UHGV virus genome: UHGV-0342274
Length of the DNA stretch: 19,205 nt
Source: a virus
Reading direction: 5' to 3' (one strand)
Of the stretch, positions 1-7,926 are shown in pieces. The notes beneath the pieces are model-generated. The model had not been told where the DNA came from and ran no database searches. It was given only the letters and a program-made list of their open reading frames with translations. Made by a program: the position numbers and the translations under genes. How positions within the stretch are numbered: the first letter of the stretch is position 1; every line of letters starts with the position of its first letter.

Positions 1-229
<229 letters not shown>

Positions 230-567
230 TTTCATTCCCCGCACAGATAAGAATAAGTCTTATTCTAACAATGCCGCCCTGTCGGTCATCAATCCTCTGC
301 TTAATGGCAACGACAATTATCCGACTTAAATCACAAATCAGACACATGACATAACAGGGCTTGCGAGGTAACACATCGTCCTGTTTCTTCCACCATCGCA
401 CCGGACTGGCGACTATGAGGGGACAACGCCGCGCTCCGTTAACGCGGTAAACCCCGGTGTGTATCGTTTTTGATTATCCCCGCACACTCGCGCAGAGGAG
501 TCTCCCTGTCGGGCTGCGGTCTCTGTTAATGAGGGAATACAGCGACGATACGGCGCATCAGCAAAAC

Positions 568-1035
568 TTAGTTCAGGCACTGAGTGCGGATATAGTCCTG
601 TGCCCCTTCCAGTTGCTTCTGCATTGTCATCAACCGTTCTCTGAGGATGAAATAATCCCGTTCAGCGGTGTCTGCCAGTCGGGGGCCGGTTGCATTATCC
701 ACGCCGGAGGTGCCGGTGGCTTCACGCACTGTACCGGAGCAGGTGGCGTTGATCCGCAGGCGCTTACGACCAGCGGCAACATCAGCACGCAGAGTTTCAT
801 TTTCAGCTCTCGCATCGGCTAATTCCCTCGAGTATCTGGCATCAAGTTCAGCGACATCACGCTGGCGTATCTGCATATCAGTAATTGTCGCGTTCGCCAG
901 TTTCAGCTCACTGACTTTTTTATCGCGCTGCGCTTTGTAGGTGATGGCGTTATCGCGGTAATGATTCAGCCCCAGACTAAGCACACCACAGGCTACCAGC
1001 AGGACAATAATCACCACACACAGAACACGGTTCAT
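568..1035 (-). CDS. Rz: Rz i-spanin (inner-membrane spanin subunit)
   Basis: Translation from ATG at 1035 ([18 protein letters not shown]...[16 protein letters not shown]...[29 protein letters not shown]) shows an N-terminal TM helix plus coiled-coil, recalled as close to lambda Rz. The track ORF is longer because of an upstream in-frame start without RBS. Confidence 0.85.
   Translation of the reverse strand: MNRVLCVVIIVLLVACGVLSLGLNHYRDNAITYKAQRDKKVSELKLANATITDMQIRQRDVAELDARYSRELADARAENETLRADVAAGRKRLRINATCSGTVREATGTSGVDNATGPRLADTAERDYFILRERLMTMQKQLEGAQDYIRTQCLN
630..815 (-). CDS. Rz1: Rz1 o-spanin lipoprotein, embedded in +1 frame inside Rz
   Basis: 61-aa ORF wholly inside Rz: [55 protein letters not shown].... 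Lipobox VSAC and a proline-rich mature region, matching recalled lambda Rz1. True start may be the internal MKLCV. Confidence 0.85.
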   Translation of the reverse strand: MRELKMKLCVLMLPLVVSACGSTPPAPVQCVKPPAPPAWIMQPAPDWQTPLNGIISSSENG

Positions 1036-1253
1036 ATCACCACCAACGGATTGCCCAGACCAGAACAGCAATGGCCACAATACGAATGGCAAATGCCATT
1101 GCCCGAATAAGTTCAGCACTCATCTTTTTAAAGTTCACGATTTCAGCGCAATGACCAGTTTTGCCAGCCCATACAGCATCGGAGACACAGCAATACCAAC
1201 AGCCACCCACTTAATAGCAAAAGCCAGCGCTCTGCTGATGTCATCAGTCACTG

Positions 1254-1385
1254 TCACCCCAGCAGCCCCGACGAAGACAACATCACCCAGGCGAGGGACA
1301 GAAAAAGAGCAACCAGCATTAGTGAAAATGAAATACCGACAATCACACACAGGACCTTTGCCGGCGTTATGAGTTTGTCTGACAT
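1254..1385 (-). CDS. Putative 43-aa small membrane protein between endolysin and Rz
   Basis: ATG at 1385 preceded by AAGGGG about 6 nt upstream; translation MSDKLITPAKVLCVIVGISFSLMLVALFLSLAWVMLSSSGLLG has a single predicted TM helix. Not in the ORF track (under 60 aa). Competing frames (track ORFs 1135..1407 -, 1151..1372 +) cannot be excluded. Confidence 0.3.
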   Translation of the reverse strand: MSDKLITPAKVLCVIVGISFSLMLVALFLSLAWVMLSSSGLLG

Positions 1386-1550
1386 AGCTACCCCTTAATT
1401 GCCACAATTAACTGGGATACTACCCATAAAAAAGGGATGCTCCAGACCAGCAAAAATTTCCAGTTTGGTAATTGACTAATCATGAGTCGCAACTCCCTAA
1501 TCAGTTTGCTAAAATCAATCAAGGCAGCCTCCCATAGCTTACTGCCATAA

Positions 1551-1600
1551 AAACAAAACCCCGCTTGCTGCCAACAAACGGGGTTTTTACTTTTATTCAC
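1551..1600. terminator. Bidirectional intrinsic terminator-like hairpin between R and Rz
   Basis: AAACCCCGCTTG / CAAACGGGGTTT form a stem of about 11 bp (one mismatch) with a 7-nt loop, flanked by an A-run on one side and a T-run (TTTTTACTTTTATT) on the other, so it is followed by U-rich sequence on either strand. Confidence 0.5.
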
Positions 1601-1677
1601 TTACATTTTGCCAGTTCGCAGGATTTCGTGTTATCCGTCCGCCTTGGCCAACGTCATTTATTAGCAAAATATTCTGC

Positions 1678-2211
1678 TTATCTGTCGATTCCCCAGCACG
1701 CCAGCGCGCTCTCCTGGTCACGACGGGATACCTGACCGTAACAGTTATTTGAGCGAATACGGCAGTCTCTGCCACCGTCCTTAATCCACCAGCGAATCGC
1801 CTCACACGCTCCCCTGCGATCACCTGCATTAATTCGTTTATAAAACGTCGACGGAAAACACTTACCGGGGCCAATGTTGTACGGACAGAATGACGCGATC
1901 CCCGCTTTCTGGGGTTCACTCAATGGCACTCTGATGTTTTTCTCCACCCATGCCAGCGCCTTATCACGCTCAATGGCGTTAACCCGGTCGCATTTTTCCT
2001 TCGACAACTTCATGCCCGGAACGACAGGTTTGCCATCCACCAGGATGGCACCGCGGCAGATGGTCCAGATACCCGCGCCATCACGGTATGCCGTGGTGTG
2101 GTTACCTTCCTTTTCATCCAGAAACTGGTCGAGAATGTCAGGCGCAGGCGCACCAGCGGCAATCAGCGCCAGAACGGCAGCCGACAGGCCGTATCTGATT
2201 TTTGCGTTCAT
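1678..2211 (-). CDS. R: SAR endolysin (phage lysozyme, T4-lysozyme/GH24-like, P21 R-type)
   Basis: 177 aa. N-terminal Gly/Ala-rich weakly hydrophobic segment (GLSAAVLALIAAGAPA) typical of signal-anchor-release domains, followed by a lysozyme-like core (EGNHTTAYRDGAGIWTICRG...). Resembles recalled P21 R endolysin. Confidence 0.85.
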   Translation of the reverse strand: MNAKIRYGLSAAVLALIAAGAPAPDILDQFLDEKEGNHTTAYRDGAGIWTICRGAILVDGKPVVPGMKLSKEKCDRVNAIERDKALAWVEKNIRVPLSEPQKAGIASFCPYNIGPGKCFPSTFYKRINAGDRRGACEAIRWWIKDGGRDCRIRSNNCYGQVSRRDQESALACWGIDR

Positions 2212-2316
2212 GGATATTTATCAGGATTTATCGGTTTCTGAGCCCTGGATATGTTTATCAGTTCCAGCCTGTTGCCTCAGGCTGCTAACAGGTCAATACA
2301 ATCATGAGGATTATTT

Positions 2317-2589
2317 ATGGACAATAACACCATTTCTCTACAGGAGTTGCTCGACAGCATTTCCAGGCTTCGGGAAGACGTGAATACCCTTACCGTCGCC
2401 TTCTCATATCTGGCATTCTCAATTCCAAGGGAACAGATGCAATCAACGCTGGCATCAATCCAGTTTGAATCATGCAATCCCAAATGGTCTCAGGAACAAC
2501 AAGACTCTTTCAGGCGGCTTGCTGTATTACTGGATGAAAAATATGCTGGTAAAATTACCATTTCGGCGGACTCTTCAGAGAACCCGTAA
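2317..2589 (+). CDS. Hypothetical 90-aa protein encoded antisense within the lysis cassette
   Basis: ATG at 2317 with GAGGA about 8 nt upstream; no predicted TM segment; protein-like composition. Its 3' end overlaps the 3' end of the convergent 114-aa gene by 35 nt. No homology recognised. Confidence 0.4.
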   Translation: MDNNTISLQELLDSISRLREDVNTLTVAFSYLAFSIPREQMQSTLASIQFESCNPKWSQEQQDSFRRLAVLLDEKYAGKITISADSSENP

Positions 2590-2899
2590 TTATTCCCGGT
2601 AGTTTTCCTCTGTAGGTTATCAACACATCCTGCGCCTCTAAAATTACGGGGCGCTTTTCCGGCGACTGCTCATCCCCTTCACATAACCCGGCAGCAACAT
2701 CCAGGAAGACCTGTCTGATGCTCCTTCTGGCTGCTGCCTCATAAAACTCCAGCGCGGCACCTTCAACACGGTCCAGCGAGATGTCCAGGTCAAAAATTTC
2801 ACCGTCAAAGCGTTTTTTGTCCCGTAACGCTAAAGTTACCGTAACTTTATTCTCAAAATTGCGGATCCCTTTCACAATCAGTTCATAGTTTTGCGTCAT
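2555..2899 (-). CDS. Hypothetical protein between holin and endolysin (tentatively YdfR-like, DUF1327)
   Basis: 114 aa, ATG at 2899 with GGGAGAG RBS, beginning 5 nt after the holin stop. Position matches my recollection of ydfR between essQ and rrrQ in Qin; the family assignment is from memory only. Confidence 0.55.
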   Translation of the reverse strand: MTQNYELIVKGIRNFENKVTVTLALRDKKRFDGEIFDLDISLDRVEGAALEFYEAAARRSIRQVFLDVAAGLCEGDEQSPEKRPVILEAQDVLITYRGKLPGIITGSLKSPPKW

Positions 2900-2903
2900 T
2901 GAA

Positions 2904-3119
2904 TTACTCTCCCCGTGCAGCCTTACGACGGTCCTCTCTGATTTTGAAATACAGGTTAGTCAGATATGTCAGCAGCCCAAACAGCAGACTCCCCAGCACG
3001 CCTATTGCCGCCCACTGAGACGGGGAAACCCTGTCCAGCAACTGCAGGAACCAGTAGCCCGTTCCCACCGCTGACGTGGTGTATGACACACCTGTTGTGA
3101 TTTTTTCCATCTGGTACAT
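2904..3119 (-). CDS. S: Class II pinholin (S21-like) with dual-start motif
   Basis: 71 aa from ATG at 3119: [71 protein letters not shown]. Two TM segments and the C-terminal [15 protein letters not shown] recalled from P21 S. Met1 and Met4 give the antiholin/holin dual start. The track ORF is extended upstream. Confidence 0.85.
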   Translation of the reverse strand: MYQMEKITTGVSYTTSAVGTGYWFLQLLDRVSPSQWAAIGVLGSLLFGLLTYLTNLYFKIREDRRKAARGE

Positions 3120-3269
3120 ACCCCGTCTCCCGTTATCCGGAAGCTGACAACAATAAAAAAAGCCACCAGTTAAGTACTGATGGCTCTGATAACTCATGCA
3201 GGCATCTCAGACGACCCACTGACACTACCGGTGAGTTTAACGATACCTTCCATTTGACTGGCTCACTTT

Positions 3270-5138
3270 TTATGATGATGCTGGTGCATTTATCTCCAGC
3301 ACCAGACTTTCTATCTCAACGCCATACGCTGCATTTTTGGTAATATCCGTCAGCGTCAGCGCATTCAGCCCCAGTGTCAGACTGTCTTTTATGACCAGGA
3401 ATGCCGGGCCAGCCACTCCATTCAGTTTCGGAGTAACCGTGGCACTGCCGGCGGTGAACACCAGCTCCAGCGTCTGCCAGTCGTTACTGTAATTCCCGAA
3501 CTCGCCCAACTTTGTGTTTCCTGCTTTCCTGTGATGCATCAGATTCAGTTTGCCGTCTGTGGTCTGGGTGAAGAACGACATCAGGAACGGGTTACCAGTC
3601 CCGGTCATCGCCACGACGTCAGGTAACGCTACATCGGTATACAGATAAATTCCCAGACCGAACTGGTTGTTGGTCAGTGCGCCTGACAGTCGAAACTTAC
3701 AGCTCAGTCTGCCACCCCGTGTCAGCAGGGAGACTGCGTCATCCACCGGATGCATCAGGGACCAAGTTTTATTGCTCTGCTTGGTGATCTTAAATACACC
3801 ACCCGACAACTGAATTCCGCCGTCCTTAATGGTCCAGCCCTGCGCAGCAGCCTCTCCGGCTGTCGGCAACAGGGAGATTGTGCGTACGGATGCATCTTCA
3901 GACGGCCCCGATGGCGTGTCGACGCCGGGCGAGGGTTTGATTTCCGGTGCCTTACCACTGATGAAGGCTGAGGTGCGCCCGGCTGCGTTCAGAATAGCGG
4001 TTGCCATACGATCCGGAATAATGCTCCTGCGCGCCCATGAACTGAAATGTGTCGGGCGGTTTGACGATACCCAATTACCATTACTACGGGATTGCGCGCC
4101 GTAATAACCTGCATCAGCAATATCCGGGTCTTCTGCCGGTAAGTTGGTGGGCGTGTTGTTGCCGTTACCGTCGGTCATGAACGGCACAAAGAAAACGTTG
4201 TCGCTCTCCCTGTTTTTGTATGCGCCGTAGACGGAGTCATACTGTGTGCCGTATGTGTTTTTCCAGTAATACGTCGTGTCGCCACAAATCCACGGTACAA
4301 CTGCAGCACTGCCGCCATGGCACTGCGCGTTAAATCCGGAAAGGTCAGTACGGAACTGCTTCAGCATGGCCGTGAACAGGTCCGGTTGCTGTGCGTAGGT
4401 GGCAGCGCTCATGTCAAATTCGCCCTGCATCCAGCACACCGCCAGCAACACATTTTTCGGGTTCTTCTGTAATGCCGCTTTGGTGCGTGCGATCAGGTCC
4501 TGATATAACGGTTTACCCACACCCCAGCGTGCCGAATCCTGGCTGGCCCCCGTGTCCGCACTGAATGTCCCCTCCGCGCCCTGGGTGAATGCCGAACCAC
4601 CACGACAGCATGGTACCAGCAGGATCCCCGCGTTATTCGGGATATACGGAAGCAGTTTTTTGGCAATATGTAAGCCCTGGCCGACACAGCCGTACTGCCC
4701 TTTGCTCAGGTCTGCCTTCGGATGATTCAGTGCGCTCATATCCTGAACATCATGCAGGCAGTGGTCTGCCGGAATGATGTCGTTAAATGCGCATGCTTTA
4801 CCACCGGGAGTCACTGTGTTGCGACGGGCCAGTTGCTTAATGCGTGGGTGGGGCGCATCGTAAGAATCCGGAAGCGGAAGCCCTTCACCGTAAGCCATGG
4901 CATTGGATTGCCCGGCCAGTACGATGACGTAGTACCACTCCGGCTCAGTTGCACCACTGACGACCACATCACCTTCTGCTGCAATCGCCTGCATCAGGGT
5001 ATAAGGGGTTATGGCCACCGGACTACCAAACGGCTGCCAGCCCTCTTTCAGTTTATGTGTCAGCTTTTCCGCAAGATCTGACGGCGACGCCGCCCTGACA
5101 ACATCATAGTGTTTAAATGCCATGGTTCTTTCCACCAT
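3270..5138 (-). CDS. nanS-p: NanS-p-like sialate O-acetylesterase (DUF1737 N-terminal domain plus SASA/SGNH-type esterase)
   Basis: 622-aa ORF. N-terminus MAFKHYDVVRAASPSDLAEKLTHKLKEGWQPFGSPV (DUF1737-like), then YVIVLAGQSNAMAYGEG (GQSN esterase motif). Sits just upstream of the holin, as in Stx phages. Start may be the ATG at 5123 (MAFKHY) rather than 5138. Confidence 0.75.
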   Translation of the reverse strand: MVERTMAFKHYDVVRAASPSDLAEKLTHKLKEGWQPFGSPVAITPYTLMQAIAAEGDVVVSGATEPEWYYVIVLAGQSNAMAYGEGLPLPDSYDAPHPRIKQLARRNTVTPGGKACAFNDIIPADHCLHDVQDMSALNHPKADLSKGQYGCVGQGLHIAKKLLPYIPNNAGILLVPCCRGGSAFTQGAEGTFSADTGASQDSARWGVGKPLYQDLIARTKAALQKNPKNVLLAVCWMQGEFDMSAATYAQQPDLFTAMLKQFRTDLSGFNAQCHGGSAAVVPWICGDTTYYWKNTYGTQYDSVYGAYKNRESDNVFFVPFMTDGNGNNTPTNLPAEDPDIADAGYYGAQSRSNGNWVSSNRPTHFSSWARRSIIPDRMATAILNAAGRTSAFISGKAPEIKPSPGVDTPSGPSEDASVRTISLLPTAGEAAAQGWTIKDGGIQLSGGVFKITKQSNKTWSLMHPVDDAVSLLTRGGRLSCKFRLSGALTNNQFGLGIYLYTDVALPDVVAMTGTGNPFLMSFFTQTTDGKLNLMHHRKAGNTKLGEFGNYSNDWQTLELVFTAGSATVTPKLNGVAGPAFLVIKDSLTLGLNALTLTDITKNAAYGVEIESLVLEINAPASS

Positions 5139-5383
5139 CTGAAAAATGATTCTTTAAAATACCTGACATGTAATACAGAAAAAACACAAAACCATACCTT
5201 AAATAAAAACCTCATCATCAAGCAGATATGCATGGATAAACTACAAGACGAGATATAAACCACCCTGCATTTAAATAAACAATAAACAACATCAGAAAAA
5301 TAATTCTGCTCTATGGTTTGCAATCAAAAATATCATTTATACTTTTCAGAACATCACTAGCAAGGCATAAACAAGGAAACTAA

Positions 5384-5719
5384 ATGAAGTGGATTGTGAT
5401 TGATACAGTTATCCAGCCATCATGCGGAATATCTTTTTCAGTCATATGGAGTAAAATAAAATTAATAATCTGGTATCAATCGGATGCTTTCTTACCTCCT
5501 GAAAGTATATTTACACTGACTCACACAGGCATCATGCTCAATAACAAAGTGCTACCTGTAACCATTTACAACGTAGTACCATTCAATAAAACATTCTGGA
5601 ATTTAATCAAAAACAGCCAGGAATGCCCTACAAATACAGATAACGTATTGAATGAATGCTTTAATAACCGTTGCACTCTGCAAATATGTCCTTATGGGCT
5701 AAAACAACAAAGTCCATAA
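5384..5719 (+). CDS. Hypothetical Cys-rich 111-aa protein in an AT-rich segment
   Basis: ATG at 5384 with AAGGAA RBS 6 nt upstream. Strongly AT-rich codon usage; several Cys in the C-terminal third ([26 protein letters not shown]). Opposite strand to the late operon. No homology recognised; could be a spurious ORF in AT-rich DNA. Confidence 0.3.
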   Translation: MKWIVIDTVIQPSCGISFSVIWSKIKLIIWYQSDAFLPPESIFTLTHTGIMLNNKVLPVTIYNVVPFNKTFWNLIKNSQECPTNTDNVLNECFNNRCTLQICPYGLKQQSP

Positions 5720-5739
5720 GCAGTTTACTCACATCTGAC

Positions 5740-5775
5740 AAAATCAATATAAACAGCCCCTCCGGAGAGGGGCTG
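5740..5775 (-). terminator. Intrinsic terminator downstream of the tRNA cluster
   Basis: GC-rich 9-bp stem CAGCCCCTC/GAGGGGCTG with loop CGGA at 5754-5775. On the minus strand it is followed by TTTATATTGATTTTG. Confidence 0.5.
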
Positions 5776-6010
5776 GAGTGTGGCGCTATGTGCCATTGCA
5801 TGGTGCCGGGTGCCTCCCGGTGAATTCAGTACCAGCACCTGAATCCGCGATTATCCCATATACCTACTCGCTGATTGCCCCTCCGCACAGGGGGATTCAC
5901 CATGCCAGTTTCTTTTAACAAACTCCCCGCAAACCAGACAACAGTCAACCGCCTAAATTGTGAGACATTTAAAAAAAAGGCCCACAAAAGCGAGCCAGGG
6001 AAAATAAGTG

Positions 6011-6087
6011 TGGCGCGTTGTACTGGATTCGAACCAGTGACCGATTGCTTAGAAGGCAATTGCTCTGTCCGGCTGAGCTAACAACGC
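6011..6087 (-). tRNA. argO: tRNA-Arg (anticodon UCU)
   Basis: Cloverleaf built by hand: acceptor GCGTTGT/ACAACGC, D-arm GCTC...GAGC, anticodon stem ATTGC/GCAAT with loop CTTCTAA, T-arm ACTGG-TTCGAAT-CCAGT, CCA encoded. Third gene of an Ile-Arg-Arg cluster as in Stx phages. Confidence 0.8.
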
Positions 6088-6100
6088 ATGATGCAGATAA

Positions 6101-6177
6101 TGGACCGCCATCGGGGACTTGAACCCCGCGCAACCAGCTTCGAAGGCTGGCGCTCTTTCCTGATGAGCTAATGGCGG
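6101..6177 (-). tRNA. argN: tRNA-Arg (anticodon UCG as read from the loop)
   Basis: Acceptor CCGCCAT/ATGGCGG, anticodon stem CCAGC/GCTGG with loop CTTCGAA, T-arm CGGGG-TTCAAGT-CCCCG, CCA encoded. The symbol is by position in the cluster; the anticodon should be confirmed by software. Confidence 0.75.
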
Positions 6178-6184
6178 TATGTGA

Positions 6185-6260
6185 TGGTGGCCCTTGCTGG
6201 ATTTGAACCAGCGACCTGGCGATTATGAGTCGCTCGCTCTCACCACTGAGCTAAAGGGCC
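6185..6260 (-). tRNA. ileZ: tRNA-Ile2 (anticodon CAU, lysidine type; tRNA-Met alternative not excluded)
   Basis: Acceptor GGCCCTT/AAGGGCC, anticodon loop CTCATAA, T-arm GCTGG-TTCAAAT-CCAGC, CCA encoded. Very close to recalled E. coli ileX sequence. Confidence 0.8.
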
Positions 6261-6309
6261 GGGAGCAGAATAATAATGGTGCGTAATTAATTCTGCAATC
6301 TCATCCGTT

Positions 6310-7359
6310 TCAAACGATTAAATCCTGAACTTCCCTGACTGTCTGCTCAAAACGTCCGGTCTCCAGTTCAACGCCAATCGCACGACGCCCGAGCGCCAGT
6401 GCAGCTTTTACCGTTGAACCTGAGCCCATAAAAAAATCTGCAACCAGGTCTCCCGGACGACTGCTTGCGCTGATTATCTGCTGCAGCATTTCTGCCGGTT
6501 TTTCGCACGGATGTTTCCCGGGATAGAACTGCACCGGTTTATGCGTCCACACATCGGTATACGGCACCTGCACCGTCACGCCAAAATACCGCCGCAGATG
6601 TTTATATTCACTCAGCAGCTCCGCATACTGCCGGTTCAGTGAGGTATACGTATCCACCAGATGGTGGTGGAGCTTTTCCAGTTCACCACGCCGATGCTTC
6701 TCTTCTGCCACCCGGGCAAACAGCGCCTGTAATTTCAGATAATCGCTTTCATTCGGTAGCTGCCACTGACTGGCACTGAACCAGTGCGACACCATGTTTT
6801 TCTTTCCTGTGGCATCTGCAATCTGTTTTGCCGTTATCCCCAGGGCCGCGCGCGCATCACGAAAGTAAGAAATCAGCGGGGCCATCACATGCTGTTTCAG
6901 TGCACTGCCCTTCGCCGCATACCCGGCATCTTTCGGACGATACGGCCCCTGATAATGTTCCGCGAACAGAATGCGCTCTGTGGCGGGGAAATACGCCCGC
7001 AGGCTTTCCTTGTTGCATCCGTTCCAGCGTCCGGACGGCTTCGCCCAGATAATATGGTTCAGCACACTGAAGCGTTCACGCATCATGATTTCGATATCAG
7101 ATGCCAGGCGATGACCACAGAACAGGTAAAGACTTCCGGCAGGTTTCAGCACCCGCCAGAACTGCGCCAGACACTGGTCCAGCCACTTCAGGTAATCATC
7201 GTCGCCCTTCCACTGGTTATCCCAGCCCTCAGGCTTCACTTTAAAGTACGGCGGGTCCGTGACTATCAGGTCAACAGAATTTTCGGGTAACGACCGGATA
7301 AATTCCAGGCAGTCGGCGTTGATTAACTCACAACTGGATATTTTTACAGTATTAAGCAT
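6310..7359 (-). CDS. Orphan DNA N6-adenine methyltransferase (beta-class, DPPY motif)
   Basis: 349 aa. Motif IV DPPY near the N-terminus (DLIVTDPPYF) and SAM-binding motif I near the C-terminus (DFFMGSGST), the order of beta-class amino-MTases. No adjacent restriction gene in the window. Confidence 0.8.
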   Translation of the reverse strand: MLNTVKISSCELINADCLEFIRSLPENSVDLIVTDPPYFKVKPEGWDNQWKGDDDYLKWLDQCLAQFWRVLKPAGSLYLFCGHRLASDIEIMMRERFSVLNHIIWAKPSGRWNGCNKESLRAYFPATERILFAEHYQGPYRPKDAGYAAKGSALKQHVMAPLISYFRDARAALGITAKQIADATGKKNMVSHWFSASQWQLPNESDYLKLQALFARVAEEKHRRGELEKLHHHLVDTYTSLNRQYAELLSEYKHLRRYFGVTVQVPYTDVWTHKPVQFYPGKHPCEKPAEMLQQIISASSRPGDLVADFFMGSGSTVKAALALGRRAIGVELETGRFEQTVREVQDLIV

Positions 7360-7494
7360 GGATCATTAAGCCTGTCTCTGATAGGCTCATTCTGCTTTTG
7401 CGCAAAGCAGTGGGCCTGAGGTTTGCTTGTGATCCGGACGCATGAGCAGATGGCTGGTGGGTGCCCCTAACACCCACCAGCCGCCCATTTACCA

Positions 7495-7523
7495 CAAATA
7501 AAAAAGCCTTCACTGCGGAAGGC
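7495..7523 (-). terminator. Intrinsic terminator after the first late-operon ORF
   Basis: Stem GCCTTC/GAAGGC with loop ACTGCG at 7506-7523; on the minus strand followed by TTTTTTATTTG. It overlaps the stop codon of the 65-aa ORF. Confidence 0.5.
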
Positions 7524-7707
7524 GTCTGTAACAACCGAACTGATAGTCTGCCAGACCCGCCATAACCAGCTGAGTCAGTATTAACTGGCAGCGTTCGCGT
7601 GAAAGGTAAGTATTCTGCGCTATCTCCCCGACTGTCGCCGGGTCGGTAACGCTTAATTCATTAAACACCACTCTGGCGGTTTCTGTCATATCCTGCTGTT
7701 TTAGCAT
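7510..7707 (-). CDS. Hypothetical 65-aa protein, first ORF downstream of pR'/tR'
   Basis: ATG at 7707 with AAGGAA RBS 6 nt upstream. MLKQQDMTETARVVFNELSVTDPATVGEIAQNTYLSRERCQLILTQLVMAGL... suggests a small winged-helix-like fold (inference). Confidence 0.5.
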   Translation of the reverse strand: MLKQQDMTETARVVFNELSVTDPATVGEIAQNTYLSRERCQLILTQLVMAGLADYQFGCYRRLPQ

Positions 7708-7825
7708 GTCTTTTCCTTTTCCGGTTAACGTGACACACCAATAACTCTTGTCGAAAAAGCCAGCAAGCTGAAAGACAGGTATTCACCGCCACCAGCGCGT
7801 TTACTGTACTGACGCGATTTCAGTC

Positions 7826-7849
7826 ATAAAAAACCCGCCAGGCGGCGGG
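7826..7849 (-). terminator. Candidate tR' terminator of the short pR' transcript
   Basis: Stem CCCGCC/GGCGGG with loop AGGC at 7834-7849; on the minus strand followed by TTTTTTAT. About 45-65 nt downstream of the predicted pR' start. Confidence 0.55.
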
Positions 7850-7892
7850 GTGTAAAAAATCTTCTAACGTCAGGCATAAAACGCCCATCGTT

Positions 7893-7926
7893 AGAGCAAA
7901 TTTACCACAGATTCGGGAAAAATCAA
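7893..7926 (-). promoter_or_regulatory. Late promoter pR' (lambda-type) with sigma70-dependent pause element
   Basis: Minus strand reads TTGATT-16 nt-TAAATT-TGCTCT-AACGATGGG. The TAAATT...AACGATGGG arrangement matches what I recall of lambda pR' (the -10 and the pause-inducing -10-like element in the initial transcribed region). Lies directly after the Q stop. Confidence 0.55.

Noticed and set aside
457-940. Plus-strand track ORFs 457..822 and 668..940 antisense to Rz/Rz1
   Set aside because: They lie entirely within the well-supported Rz/Rz1 genes on the opposite strand, with no RBS; typical antisense shadow ORFs.
1593-2383. Track ORFs 1593..1919 (-) and 1874..2383 (+) overlapping the endolysin
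   Set aside because: Alternative-frame or antisense ORFs inside the SAR endolysin gene; the endolysin frame has clear family features.
3750-5081. Several 60-120 aa ORFs on both strands inside the NanS-p-like gene
   Set aside because: All nested in the 622-aa esterase ORF, which has recognisable DUF1737 and GQSN esterase features; no independent start signals.
5139-5383. Looked for stx-like A/B subunit genes in the AT-rich interval between the tRNAs and the esterase
   Set aside because: No ORF of the size or sequence of StxA (about 315 aa) or StxB (about 89 aa with signal peptide) is present; only the 111-aa opposite-strand ORF, which does not resemble either.
5826-6081. Track ORFs 5826..6059 (-) and 5875..6081 (+) near the tRNA cluster
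   Set aside because: They overlap the hand-folded tRNA-Arg(UCU) gene and the terminator hairpin; no RBS; structured RNA explains the region better.
6784-7290. Plus-strand ORFs 6784..7290 and 6828..7052 inside the methyltransferase gene
   Set aside because: Antisense to a CDS with clear DPPY and FxGxG motifs; Arg/Pro-rich composition typical of GC-rich antisense frames.
7352-7534. Track ORF (60 aa, minus) spanning the MTase start and the upstream terminator
   Set aside because: Overlaps the intrinsic terminator hairpin and the MTase start; no RBS; composition not protein-like.
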